64,000 nucleotides of DNA from Phoronis australis (Eukaryota > Animalia > Phoronida), in the NCBI GenBank assembly GCA_002633005.1, contig NMRA01000149.1, positions 78,066-142,065 of the forward strand, given 5' to 3'. The position numbers were made by a program, and so were the translations under genes. The notes beneath the pieces are model-generated. The model saw nothing but the letters and a program-made list of their open reading frames with translations, was not told where the DNA came from and made no database searches. Below are positions 38,395 to 52,900 of the stretch, one piece after another; the stretch's first letter is position 1, and every line of letters begins with the position of its first letter.

Positions 38395-40655
38395 CATAAT
38401 GAGGCTTCAAATATGAGATCAGGAACACAGATCAAAGATTATGAATGAGAAATGTATGTCTACAAAGTTAAGAACAAATAACTTATTACAAAAACAGATG
38501 AAAAACGGCCTTCGTATTTTTTCACCAGTCTTCATACATCGTTCCAAGAGATCTGCTAAATACTGCCATTATAATGACGTGCATTGAAAGACTTACAGTA
38601 ACTTAGGTCAATGCACTATTGAACTCGACCTTTTCCCACCTACAACTAGAATCCAGTAAAAAAGTACAATCTCAACAACTTCAGACAGAAATAATTACAA
38701 ATTGATTTTTTAATTTTTCAAAGGCCTCAAACCTCATTCCAAATGTCTACAATTTCCCAAACATTGTCTGATAGTATACAAACATATGGTATAAAACTTA
38801 AAATGATAAAGTTAAAAGCATACTTGGTGGTACTTAACTTTTGCGATAAAAATGAAAAATAAAATTTCACCTGTCTGCCGTATTGTGCCTTGATTTTACT
38901 GACCCGAGCAACAAAAGTTGATACATATCCGACACTGTCTACATATATTTTTGACAATGAAAATAATTGCGTGGTGTGCATGAAGACACATGTTTTTTCA
39001 GTAGTCTCTCAGTTATAGTGCACACACTCCAACACATAAATTTACTAAATCTAAATCATGAATGTCTCTATTTCCAGTTGACTCTGTTACTAGAATGTCA
39101 TGACCTGCCTGGTTTAGTTTAACTACATTAAAATCTTGTAGCTGTTGAAATACCACAGAGAACAAAATGCCAACCAGATGTATTCAAACACCAAAGTGGG
39201 ATGAGTTTTGAGTGAAATAAGTTTTGAGCTGGGGGGACATGTCCTGTTATGCCCCCTGAGTCTGTCATAAATCGTGATGCTAATAAAAAAAAATGCGAGT
39301 GCAGGTTACGCGAAGTTATAAACCCCTGTATTGGTCATAGACCAGGATTTTTATAACCATGACCTGTCATGACTGGAGAGGTCACGCAAGTTCTGATGTC
39401 AATCAATCATTCATGACTTGCTGAACTGTTGTATAATGTGTGCCAGCCACAGGTGGCTTTCTGCACAAGAGTTTATGTCAGGACACAACAGATGTTGGCA
39501 CAATTTGTCAGAGACTGAAGGGTTCAGTGTAAAAGAGGTGGTTGAATATAAAGATGGCAATCTGCAACAAAAATGGAAACCACTACGGTAATTCTGCACC
39601 TATATCACACTCAATTCATTGCACAAACCAAAAATTATTTTGAAAAACAGTATTTTGTGCCTCAAGTATTTCGCACATGGCTACTTGGTGGGAATTTCTT
39701 GGCTCCCCTTATCAGCACACAGTTAGTTTTGCAAGCAAAGACTTGTCATTAATTCCAGTAATACACACCTCTACCCTGTTAATAAGGCTGAAACATTGTA
39801 TATTGACTACTAATTCTTCCATATGCATATATGATCAGTTATAAACACGAGATGAAAAGAGTGACCTGACTACTTGGTCATATACTCAAAACAATGTTTC
39901 ACAGTAATCTTACATAGGAACATGATAAAGTACCTTCATTGTACTATTAATTGGATCACGTAGGAATCATTTCATACAAGAACACCTCAAATTTTAAAAC
40001 AGTGAGATGACCATATCAAAAGTTGGAAGACCAGTGTTTAACAAAAAAAAACTATTTAACTTTTGCACTTGCATTACAGAGGTTTTCCAAACTTGATCAG
40101 ACAATTTCCAATTAGCAAATGATATCAATGGGTAATCCGATTTGAGTCTTAAAATATGCAGTTTTAAACAAATGTTACCATGAGTAAATCGTAAAAAATA
40201 TCTTATACTTTACATTTGAGCCAAGTAAAAATCTATTGTTCTCCAACCTTCCCTTCATCATAATTTGACTTCATGATCACATGTTACCAAAATATATCAG
40301 TTCATAAGAACTTCCACTAAACAGAAACTTTGGCCAAAGATAAGCCAGAGAAGTTCTGCCCTGGAAATTCTGTGGTTTTCCTGGATGCCATAAAAGGTCA
40401 AAGCAGTGTTTATATAATTTATCTCAAATTTGTGGCACCAGGTCATTAGATGGTTCTAACTAAAGTTACAAATGAATCTCTTGTTGGTTGGACAAGTCTA
40501 TTAATCACATGAAAATTCACCTGCAATCTGCTCACAACCTTTCAGAAATAGAGAGCCTGGAAGAACGAGTTTCCTTTGAATTTTAATAGTATTGAACCAC
40601 CAGTGACCTCATATTTTTGGGTAAACTAAAACAAATTCAGAAATGTTCCACTTAC

Positions 40656-40883
40656 ATGGTTCCAGTTTCTGTTGGAATCTGGTGGCAATTTTTTACAACG
40701 TTTCACCAGTAAAACGCATGCGTTGCAAATGTCTCCACTCCTTTCCTCTTGGATTTTGAAGCAACGTTCAAAGTCAATCTCATATCGACTGCTGTCTGTG
40801 AATCGAGAGCTGGACGACTTAGCACCACATATACAACATCCTAGCAGGCTGCGGTAAGTCTTGGGCTTGTGAAAGGAAAACAT
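40656..40883 (-). CDS. SINHCAF: SINHCAF/FAM60A (SIN3-HDAC complex-associated factor) coding exon 1
   Basis: MFSFHKPKTYRSLLGCCICGAKSSSSRFTDS...RSGDICNACVLLVKR.KKLP...NWNH|gtaagt is the FAM60A signature. 228 nt. Confidence 0.96.
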
Positions 40884-41503
40884 ACTCTGTGACCTCTGTA
40901 ATGTAAAACATTAAAAATCTTTAAATTATGAAATGAATATTCAAGAACAGGAATTCAGTCTCGCGATTGGCTTAGAGAGTATGCAAAAGGAATTCAGTCT
41001 CGTGATTGGCTTAGTGAGTATGCAAATGAAGCTATGAAGCTACAGGAAACATTACACATGGAACTCCTTAGTGCATGTACCACTGCATTACAAGACTGCA
41101 ACATGTTGCCCATAATAACTTCAGAATCCCCATCTAGAGGCAAGGCATATTTCATCATGTCACACCTCCCACTACACAATATGCCACCCAACTTTCCCTA
41201 ATCCATATGGGAAAGAAACTGACAATTTCCAATGTGTCATGAGGAAACATCTGGAAGGAATAGCTAAGTACTTAATTATTCAAGTCATGTCATATTACTC
41301 ACTAACTACAAGCCCAAACAATCACTGTATAATACATATGAACACAATCAAGCTATTACCAAAGAGAGTCCAAACATTCAGTGTCCCAGACACAGTGAAG
41401 CTGCAGTGTACAACACACAGCTGACAATAATTTACATGGACTGGGTCAACCCCACCACCTCCAGTTTTGTAGTATATACCTCTCCATCTTTCCCAGACCT
41501 ATA

Positions 41504-41553
41504 AGCACAGGATCGTGTTAGCACACGATCAGGTTAGCACATGATCAGGTTAG
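41504..41553. repeat. 16-bp tandem repeat, 3 copies
   Basis: AGCACANGATCAGGTT-like unit. Confidence 0.8.
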
Positions 41554-44500
41554 ATGAAACCTAAAACAAATGGGAGGGACAACACTGATTCTGTTCTTGT
41601 CCAAACTGTAGCCCCAATTAGTGAAACTTCAGAAGCTTGGTGTAGCACAAAATGTGATTGCTAATAAATGTTTTGTGTCATCATTTGTAAAATGAGCCAT
41701 GTTTCCATGAGAAAATGATATTCAAATAATACAGGTGCTTCAAGTAAATTACAAATGGGAAAATGTTTGCATAAGAACACATTACAAGAATCATGCTATT
41801 GTACGAAACTATTATTCGTGAGCTCAGAGGTTCCTTTACTTTTTGAAATTTCAAAGTAATCATCTGTCATCTAGACCTGCGCTCTATGGTAAATGTTAAT
41901 GGCTTGTTTTAGTTAACATCAATGGCACAAAAGTGTATTGCAGTGTCAACAGGATATGACTAACTTTCCAGGATAATTAGATGCTTGGGGACACAACCAT
42001 TTGTGAAATTAATCATATGAAAAAAATATTGAAACGTTTCAGGAAATTTGAAAGGCATGTTTACGCAACTGATATAATAAAGCATCCGCATATCTGATTT
42101 CTGTCATTCTCAAAAAGTCAATTTAGAAATAACAGAATCATCAGTTTCAAAAAGATTGACAGGTGGAAAATAATCAAAAGTGTATAGAACCTTTTGCGAT
42201 ATTTACAATTAGTTTAAACTAGGGTTTCTCAATTGTTTGGGACTTCAAATATTATAAATAGTAGCAGAGAATTGCCACACAATGCTGTGATTATAAGTTT
42301 GTGTGGCTACCACTTGGTATTGAGATGGTACAGTTTACAGTAATAATATGAAGGAAATGAACCAAAACATTTTGTCACAAAAATGAACATTTACGATCTT
42401 GTGTTCATGCATATACACAGAGGATAACGCCTACCACTATTGTAAAATACTGAACAAAACTAAATAATCCAAACCATGAATACTGGGCATCAAATATGAA
42501 TTGAGCTTGTCATGTTATCAGCTATTACAAGTCAGTGCACAACAGCTAATTATGTCAGGCTTCTCTCTAGACAAAAATTCAAATGAAAATGCTCTGAAGA
42601 GTGACACTTGATGAAATCGAATAAAAATTTAAAAATGAGGTCGATCACAAAACTAGTGTATTAGGTAGACCGTGAAGAGATCTATTTACATACCAAATTT
42701 GAAAATGTTTGGCCAAAGAACCGCGGAGCTAGAGCACCGCAAACATAATTCGAGAAATGGTCGTCACAGCGCCATCTTGTGTCCGATTTCGCCCAAGAAC
42801 TTAAGTCCTCAGGCTATTTACAATTAAACAATGTATGTAAATTTCATGTTGATCAGGCGAAAAATGTGATCTCTAGCCTGAATACAATGGGGTAACAAAG
42901 TGTAGCTATAAATGACGTCAACAAAGGAGCAGTCATCAGTGCAGTAAATGTTGAATATCACAAGAACAGTAAGTGGTATCAAATAACTGGTTTCACAAGC
43001 CAGGAAACATTTGAAAAGACCTGTTCACATACCAAATTTCTGACAGATCCATCAAGGTACAAATACTGAAAAATTTCTGAGGCACTGGAATGGGTTAGAT
43101 CTGCTTTTGGTCAAATTGCTGCCTGCAGCTAGCATGAACAGTTCAGTCTTGAGTAAATTTATTGTTTCACAATCTTTAAAAGCAAACCACTTGACATAAA
43201 TAGCACATAAATACAGCCAATAAATCAATTTTGGTAAGACCAAGTTATGGTAAGTTGCTTTTCTTACTTCCGAAATCGCTGCAAACAGCCTGACTTTAAA
43301 TATTGGCAACAGATATGCACTCAATGAAGAAAAAAGTTATGAGTTTGACTAACTGTTCTGTTGTCTAAATTTTCTCCAAGCAATACTGGACAAAAGTATA
43401 GCAGGCAAGATCTACAGCTTACCACTACTCTGCAAGTTCCCCCCAGTTACAAGTAGTGTGTGCAGTCATGGACAGAAGCTAAGTGAGTGGCTGGTAGCTG
43501 GGTCAGGTCAACTGTAGTCAGCTGTGCAGAAGGAATGTAAACAAAGGAAAACTAGGTCAAGAAAGGTTATGCCATGTAGAATATGAAAAATTGGATTAAA
43601 CTGCACAACTGAACAGCATTCATTTATTCAGTGGAGGGGAGGGGTTCAGGCAGAATTTCTCCGTGACTCCCATACATGGCAAAAGTAAAGTGTATTCAGA
43701 ATGACCCGGAATTCCCGGTCAATCATTGTAACAATAGTCTTCCCTAATAGCTATGAATGGAGAATTAACAACAAAGTTATTAAAGTCCCATTTAGACATC
43801 AACTTTTGGCCCGGCGCAAATTGACCCGGTCAAGCAGCCGTTTACACAGAGAACTCACTAACCGTGGCAAGACAGAAATTAAAGGCTGCAGAGACTGGAT
43901 TGCACATGCACAGGTTTACAAATGACGAGAGTTGCAGAGACAAAGAACCCGTACGTAGGTCATTAGGTAAGAGTAGTAGAGATGATCCTTTCCACCTTGC
44001 TCCAGTTTCGCATTTAGACTTATAATTGACACGGCGAAAGATGTTCGGGCGCAAATTGCTCTACCTCACAAATGGGTGGAAAAAATTTGTCACTGTGGTG
44101 TCAATTTGCTCCGTGTCAGTCCGTTTACACACTGGAACAACTTGTTGCATGTCAGCTGATCCGTGTCAACTTTGTAAGTGTAAACGACACTTTAGTAAGA
44201 GGGCTAAGACATTCTGTAATTAGAACTTTGCCACTGTCATAACCAGCCATGTTTACTATTAACAAAATATCCCATGTTTGTGACATGGTGAAATACGCCT
44301 TGTTACAAGATGGTGGTGATAGATTGGTTGGTGGACAGCGTTCTGCAATCTTTAATGCAGAGGGATATTTCCATAGCATTTTTATAAATTCTGTGCTACC
44401 ACATCATCAAATAGTCACAGCTCTGCGGTGAGACATTCAAATGACTCGTGCAAAAATATCTAACGTCTCAAAATGACTGTTCATGAAAAAAATTGTGTTT

Positions 44501-46218
44501 CATCCCTCTTATCCCGCCTTGCTCACAAGAATTAGAAATTGAGTCAAGCCCAAGATGCATTTGTGCTCTCACAATACTGAAGAGTTCTACCTAGAATGTT
44601 TCTTACTAGCTGTCATAGCAGCATAATTGTACTTCCTCTGATTACTTAAAATTGTCATGTACCATAGACTAATAATATTACACATTTGTAGTCACCATGG
44701 TATCCAGTACAACAACTTCCCATTTAACATCAACTCCAAACAGCCAACCACAGTTCAAAGAGTAACTTAGACAATTCATCAATGTGTACCAAAGCCCAAT
44801 GCATCTATCTTGGCTTATTTTTATCACATGAGTAAAACAATTTTATCCTAACTTTTTACAATGAATTCCATTTCCGAAGCGAGACAGATTGAAAAATGAC
44901 AAGTTTTAGTCCATAATACCATTTTGGCCAGTGTTTTATTAGCATATACTCATGGCTAACATTAAACTGTTCGCAAACCAAACACAGACGAGACGTCTGC
45001 AGTATATGTAACCCTGGGGTGCGTTCAGTAATGCTAGAACCTACGCTAGGACCTACCTAAAATCTGGTCAAAGTCATGTGTTCTCATACACGGCAATATC
45101 TCACGTAATCTCGTGAAGTCTTCCTTTTTAGCGAGGTCCTAGCGTTAATGAACAGGAGGCCGGTTTGTTTCTGGACCAGTGCGTACGACATACTTATGAG
45201 TCATCCATCACTCAAACAGACCTAACCAAAACAGCGTTCCCGCCAACGAGATACATGAAAATGAGGATCCCACGGTCTTAGCTGTATAACGTATCCGGGC
45301 GTTTATTTGACAATTATAGGACTGTTGCTTTATGTGACTGGCCGGGTATATTCAATCAATAAATGTTTGGAATTGTTATTCTGAAACGTAGCAGTAGGCC
45401 AGATCACAATTTAATCGAGATAGAGCCTAGGTAGTTCTAACCACAAAACACCACCACAAGCAAGTGACTGTTCAAGTAGACGGCTACAAGTGCGTTAGCT
45501 TCTTCAACACTAATTATGCTTCAATATAAAAAGAGTTTATACCGACAATCTCGGCCCTTGTTGTAATTTTATCTGTCCTATGTTCACTCCGGCCCAATAG
45601 CAGTGCTGTCCGCTCATGAATAAACTCAGTTAATTTTTTTTGCACGTATGTGGATTTAGAACGATCTCCGCAACGGGCCCAGGTTTCATTTTACAAATTA
45701 CACGCAATGAGTCAAACCTGGTAACACAACGGACTAATTACCAGTGCTCATTAATTCAAATACAAAGTGTGACACAGTGGCGATTACGCGAAAGTCCGAG
45801 AACATACAGTTTATTTGCATAGTGAAACCACGATAAAGCGTGGCAAATGTTTGGGTCCGTGATTACGACTGCCAAGAAAACGTGCGAGATATACACAAAC
45901 CATCTACATCGATAACAATATACTGCGACATCAGTCAATACATTACATTGGCGGCAGTTTTACATAATGTTTAAATAATCACTGTTACTTGATGAACTTC
46001 CAGATTTACATTCAGCCCCCGATCATGCAGAAAAGCGCACTGTCTGAAATGTGAGAGTTACAGCCAATGCCGCTAAAACCGGCGTGACCGAAAGTTGAGA
46101 AATATGGTGAATGCCAAATTCGACCATGTCCCAAATTTCAGAATCAAAGAAATTCAGTTTGAGGTTGGATTTAGGTGTCCGAAATTCAAGAGATTGTCCT
46201 AAATTTGGGAATTTTTAC

Positions 46219-46960
46219 CTTAAGTAGTATGGCTGTCAGCAAATAACACACAATGAAATTTTGGTAATACAATGACGATTTGAAAAATAAAAAATGAGAG
46301 CACTCGGAGGAGCGACACTTGGCGAAATTAAGCGAAAAGACAATGGGGAAGACGACGATGATGACGATGAAGGCGGCGATTATGAACAACACGATAACAT
46401 TCATGTGACTAGCGAAGAAATTAATAAAAAATAGGCTGCAGTCTTGTTCAACAGAAGCTAAACCAACATCAATGCAGCAACAGCGCTGAACAAAGGAACA
46501 GCGCTGTCAGAAAATCTTGAATAATTTGAAAAGTAGACGTATTAGAGAAAAATGGAAAACATCATCTGAAAGTCCGTTCAAAACTAATTGATAGCAACAT
46601 ACAACTCCGTAAATTTTTCGAAAAAAGTGAAATTTTACGTTTTTTTTTAAATTCAAAGTCAAATAACTTGAAAACGGTAAGTCCGAGAGAAACGTTGTCA
46701 CAAAACTTTTGAAAGAGCATACTTCAAGGAATCCACATCAAAAATTCACGTCACTTTTTCTTCCCGTTTAAAATGGCATTCCAGCTCGACTGAAAATGGG
46801 TCAACATGAGCCAGAGCCGCCATCTTGAAAGTGACTTTCGTTTAAACAAACATTTATAATAGCCAATCAAACGAAATAGACAGGTGACAAGATTGAAAGG
46901 AGAAAACGTTTTCGGCCAGATATCGAGGTGCGCATGCGCCATGGCCAATATTTCCGCCAC
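46219..46960 (-). promoter_or_regulatory. Putative SINHCAF promoter and non-coding first exon
   Basis: YY1-type CAAGATGGCGGC (minus, 46816-46827), NRF1-type TGCGCATGCGC (46929-46939), CCAAT boxes (about 46863 and 46944), raised CpG, and minus-strand donor AAG|gtaaaa at 46219. Confidence 0.55.
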
Positions 46961-49900
46961 GATTTACCGCGCAGTTGTAGTACTTGTGTTCTGTAAAAAT
47001 ACTACTAAATTTCAGCTCTGTACGTTGAAAAATGCAGCCTCTATGAGCATTTGAATCTGAAACCATAAACAAAATGGCCGCCACGTCCGCCATTTTGAAT
47101 CCAATCATGACCAAAAACCATAGGCTTCCAGGACTTTCAGATCTACACGTCGTGTGCGAATTCGTGCGAATTTCGTGCAAATCGGACGAAAATTGCGACC
47201 TGTAGAGTGCGAACAAAAAAAAATTTGACAGCAGACCAACTTACTTGTCGGAATTCAAAGGATCCGCCAAGTAACAATTTTGGCCATTACTTTTTTTGAA
47301 TTTGGGATAACTTTACAGCATGTTAAATTTACGAACGTTGTACCAAGTGATATTCTAACTACATAACCACTTGGGTACTTGCATACAAGAAAACTGTGCT
47401 ATCAGACTACTCAAATGCCAGTTTGGCATTCAAGGCATAGCAATTCAGACAGACAACAACATGATTAATACTCCACCTACCCTATTTTGACATCGGATTG
47501 GCACTGAGGACATGTTAAATTATTTGTAATATGCAAAATACACATTTCTGACCAGGCCAGAAAAGAAACACTGATGAGATTTGAAAACACAATTTGCCTA
47601 CTGCTGATGATATTTTAATTTGTCCTTTTGATCCTACACAATTGTGCTTTCAGTTGACATCTGGATACTTTCCAAGACATTATCTCAACTCATGTTTTCT
47701 TCTCTGGATGAAACCAGCCAGGGGTCATTCAAGTGTCACTAACTTGTCAAGAGCTGGATGACCTACACCTGAATAGAGCTTATGACACATTATGTCAGCA
47801 GATGTTAGCATTGTAGCAGTGTTAGCTTAGTGGCTCAGACAGCAACTCCCAGGGGTAAAATCTCACTAATTTTCTACAAAAGTAATAGCCAAAATTAACC
47901 TATTACATTTTCCAAAGGCTTCTGACGTTGTGTCATGTTCCAGTAGTTTATAAAACATTGTCTGAAGGTAGGCCCCACCTACAGTATAGAACTTAAAAGT
48001 GATAAAGTGTATTAATTAAAATGGTGCTTCTTGTCTTTTACAAGAAAAAATTGTCTGTCCTACTGTTCCTACAACAGTGAGATTTTACTGCAGTCATCAA
48101 GGCTTTTGCGTAAGAGTTAGAGCTCTCCTAAATTCCTCTCTTAATAAGATTTCAAAGAGAAATTTATACAAAGAAGCTACCCATGATAAAGCAACCAATC
48201 CAGACTAAGTTTAAAAACCATTGAAACTCCAAACTTTTACCTGACGAAAGTAAAAGGTTGTTTTATTTCACGATTCAAAAAATTTTCATAGTCATGATGT
48301 GTAAACACAACTAACCCCTGAATGCAAAATTGTGTTTAGTACCCCTCACGCAGGCCACTCTAGCTATAAACATGAACCTATCGTACTTGTCCAGGTCAAA
48401 AAATCAGGGACCACATGTTGAGCCAAACACGCATAAGCATTTAAACACAGAATTTTGAGAAAAGCCGGGATAGGTGCTTACTCAAACGTCCGATCTGCTT
48501 GTAAGGTAACCCCAAATGCCTTCACCATTGTTTGCAACTTTGCAAACACATTAACAGAATGCACAAGAATCAACAATTGCATGACACCTTCAGTAAAAAG
48601 CGTGTGTTTTATAGCCCAAATGTGAAAAGTAGCCAATGAAACTGACTTTTCATCATAAACAGTACTACTTTGCATATGTTTTGGGAGCTAAAGTTCTTGT
48701 GAGACGGGTCTTCACCGGCACTAAGCCCTCAGTATGGGCGTTATGAAGTAGATCATTTTGAAATTGGGGGTTGTGAAGCCGAACATGGTCGACAAACCAG
48801 ATGGTTACAGTATGTTGTCTGAAATTGATGCTTGAGGCTCCTGAAAAAGCCTCCTCCCCCCCAACTTATTAAAAAGCAGAATTGCAGAGAGCTCATGATA
48901 TTAACCCCATTGTAGACTAGTGGGTGCATTGCTTCTAAGCAGTTACTGCTAATGGACCCCCATGAGTAAGGTAAAGACCATGCAGCTGTGACTGTACACT
49001 GGGCCCATAGCTAATTGGTTGACACAATGTGGGAAGCATAATTGGCCTAACCAGAAGGAAATGTGGTTATGATCATTGCTGAGGCACACAATTTCATATG
49101 TTGGCATGCTACTTAATCATATCCTTTTCATATTAAGTGCTACATTTTCCATTAATTGACAAACTATTGCCAGCCAAATCACTGTACCAGTCATAACTTG
49201 TATGTATCATGTAGTATACCATTCAAAATTCTACACACGTAGGGTGCTTATATTTAATTATACATTTCTCATAGTTTCAAAAGTAAGCAGTATTAAAGAC
49301 AGTATCCAGTGCAACACACAAGATTGACACCTATGAATGGTCCTTGTATTATAATCAAAGTACAGTCTCTGCTGAGAATTCAACAACAATGATGACAATT
49401 GAATTTGAACATAACAGCTAAAACTGTACATAGAGATTGATCACAGGAAGTGTGCAGCAAACTTCACAAATACAGATGGTTCACATGAGTGAAGAAAACA
49501 TGTTGTTCTCAAAACTGGATGTGCACAAAACAATAACAACATCAGTTCCCAGGTGACTTAGCACAGATGTAATGAAAACAAGTTATGTAACTTGCACACA
49601 ACATGACAAAAGGTTGGACAAGAGCAGCAAGGTCACACTTTGGCAGTCCCTGATTTTGTCAACCAGTTCTACTGAATAACAAAGCAGGTGTTATCAAGGA
49701 TTGCCTGATATTTAAAATGAGAGGCCCACAAAAATGACTATTTTTGACAGAGTCCACGCTATTGTAATTAGGCAAATGGTGTAACAATTGCTAAGGCAAA
49801 AAAATGTGTTTTCTTACATCAAAACACAAGTATAATTTCTATTACAAAAATGGGAAAGGTCAGTGAATATCTAGTCATTATGGGCACCCAAAATTGCCAA

Positions 49901-52900
49901 CACTTGAAACATGGCAATTAATTAAAATAAAATGTCAAGGGATGACAGCATTTTTGTGACCAGTCTCCTAAATTGTCAGCTTGCTCTCATCAACTTTTAT
50001 ATTGATATATCTCCAAAAATTCAAGTCACCCACGTCATAAGTGACACCATTCACGTGTTCACAAATACCACAATGCAAATTTACATAATTTAGACAAGTT
50101 AATTGTTAAATTGACATCTTCACAGTGTCACATCACAGACTATGTTGCTGAAGAAAAGCAGCTGTGTAGCTAGAAGGGGCATGACAACAAAAAGCTGTAG
50201 AAATCCAGTGGACCCAGTGGGCTTCAGTGGTGGTTAAGGATAGGGCAAGTTATGGAATCAACCATGCAGATTTACATAAAAATGCACGAGTATTATGAAA
50301 AACTTAATGCAGCTATAAACTCATGTTCAGTCAAACAAACTTTGGATTTGGACCATTTCCCACCATAAAATTGGGTCTCAGCTTGTTCTTTGGCTCAGAT
50401 GACAAGAGAACAGGTATTATTCCTTGAGACCCATGCTCAGCCTTGAAATCAACTCTAATTTGACCACGGAATGAGGCGCTACATCTAATTTCCCAACCCA
50501 TAACATTGAATGAGAAATGGATGCTAGTGATACCACCGCCTACAAGAATGCACATTTATGCGCATTATTTTTGACATTGGGCTCTATTAAAACTGAACCA
50601 GTCATTAAAAATCTAGCAACATTCTCGTTCTTTGAATGACAAACATCAGTTAACTACTGTATAACAAAATAGAAAAGAAATCGTGCAGGGCAACTGCCTT
50701 GTAGGATAGTTCCAGTGTCCCCTCCATAATAATCACAAACACTGATACTAAGAGGGGTTCTACATTTTAAAAAGTAGTTTTCTCCACTGAATAACAGGTA
50801 TCAAACTGGTTCTCAGAGTGTAGTCACCTAGAAGAGGGAGACCCTAATTGACCAATTTCACAACAGTAGTTTAAGTCTACAATTTTTATAGTGGTGGAAG
50901 GCAGGATTATAACTGCTTTCTTTGGATTTAGACTACATAGCCTTATGTAGTCTCAAATTGTCCCCTACTAAGTTAAGAAGTGAATTTTGGTCTTGAACTG
51001 TGAACTAGCAAATAAAGTAACACTTGTAGAGCCCTGTCTCATGCAACAGTTGTTTCCAAGCTCAGAAATCTCATCTATTTTGACTAAGGAACAATTAGAC
51101 ACCATTTCATAACAGTAAGTAATCTAAATCAAAAGTTGTTTTGTTACGGAAAGTAGATTTACAGTAGATTTAAAATATACATAAGTGCAAAAAACTAGTG
51201 GAGTGAAGGGTCTGTGAAAGTGTTTTCAATAATTTGTTATCGGCTTATCATCGCTATTGTGGGCTAATACGATCACATGATATTTCAATAACCACGATAA
51301 CAGAAAAGTGAAAATGAAACCACACTAAGTATTCGCATTCACAGGAATAAGAGCCCTTTGGTATATACCGTCACCAAGCTTTCATCAGCTGAAAACTAGA
51401 ACATCAAGACCATCACTTAGTTAGGTACAGCATTCACATGTTTGATCTGTCTGGTATCCAGCAATGAGCTATACAAGGACTTGGTATAGCTCATTGTATC
51501 GAGTCAGTACTGCCACTGACCGTCTGGCGACTGAACTCATTGATCGGTCATGAACTCATTTCAACTTACAATCGCACTTGCAGACATATTGGGCCACTCA
51601 ATCTTGCCAGGATAATAACTTGTCCGCCAAACTGGAGTTGATCAATGTAATTTTCTAATGATAAAATGGACGAAACATTTCCACTCTTAAGATACAGTAG
51701 GCTACACAAAACATTATGTCTATAACGTTATAACTAAGGTCATGGCCGGGTGAAGGAACAAAGAAATGTCTTTGTTGTGAAATTGTCAACAGTGAAAATT
51801 CCGCGAATGCTGTGGACTATAATCTTACAATATGCCGGGGATCAATTCCAAAATACAAGCAATATTATACCTACTGACTGTCACCTCGTCTTGTAGTTTG
51901 AAAAATATATGATTCATGGAAATTTCAGCCCGCCTCGAGTCCAAATTTCTCGGGTCGTTCGCCGTTCGGATTCGCCAACTGGCTAACCAGGTCAACTTTC
52001 CGAAGTCGTAAGAACCAATTTAGAAATTAACTGGAACGATTATGACTCTTACACATTCAGAGGAAATACGTGTTTTCGAAACACATGTCGCTTACCAGTT
52101 TTGGTCCAGTGAAATCACTTGGGTAACTTCTGTCTTCTTACTGGCGGCCAATATTAAGTATTTGTTGACAACGATCGTTCTTGACCCAGCTGATTCATGA
52201 ACTCAATGAATGGGCATGCGCACACATGTTAAAGGTCAGGCAAAAGCAAAAGCATATTGATCGATGCTGTCAAGTCATAAATACTCGTCGGATTACGTAA
52301 CAATCTGGGGCGGTCACACGTTGATACGTTCCTTATTTCGGATCGTTGAAAGCAAGACCAGTCATTTTTTCAGAATCAACCTGCAAAACGAGTTTTGTTC
52401 TTAGTAAAATACACTGGTCATTGGTATATACATCATACACGTGTTATCATGAGTTTGAAGTTATCGATTTTGGTCTGACCCGCACCAAAACATGACAGAA
52501 GCTTCTTTTTACTGTTTAAATTGCCCAGGGATCATAATCCCGTGGTAGAGGCTGCTGTAGGCACTACGGGCGTGGCGCTCAATGGCAGAGGGTTTACTTG
52601 TTTCGAACAGTTTGCCTACGAAAGAGTGCCTCTGACGAAATTCCATACGAACGGTGCCATTTCTGTTTTTGTTATACAAAGGTGTTCTCTAGAAAGTCAG
52701 TCTACAGAAAAAGGTTTTGATATGTCAGTACTCATTTTGACAATGGCATCATTTTCATCTGTTTTAGGCAAAAGACATCTGTCCAAGAATCCCTGCGAAA
52801 GTGTTGGTAGCTCTTGGGATAACTCCTACGAGCAAAACTCTCAGTTTGACATTATGGGTCTATTTTCGGACACTCTCTGAGGGGACGAGTTTCCTAATTG

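Noticed and set aside
43830-44192. Harbinger-like MITE (CGTTTACAC ... GTGTAAACG)
   Set aside because: Inverted motifs are visible, but boundaries and TSD could not be fixed.
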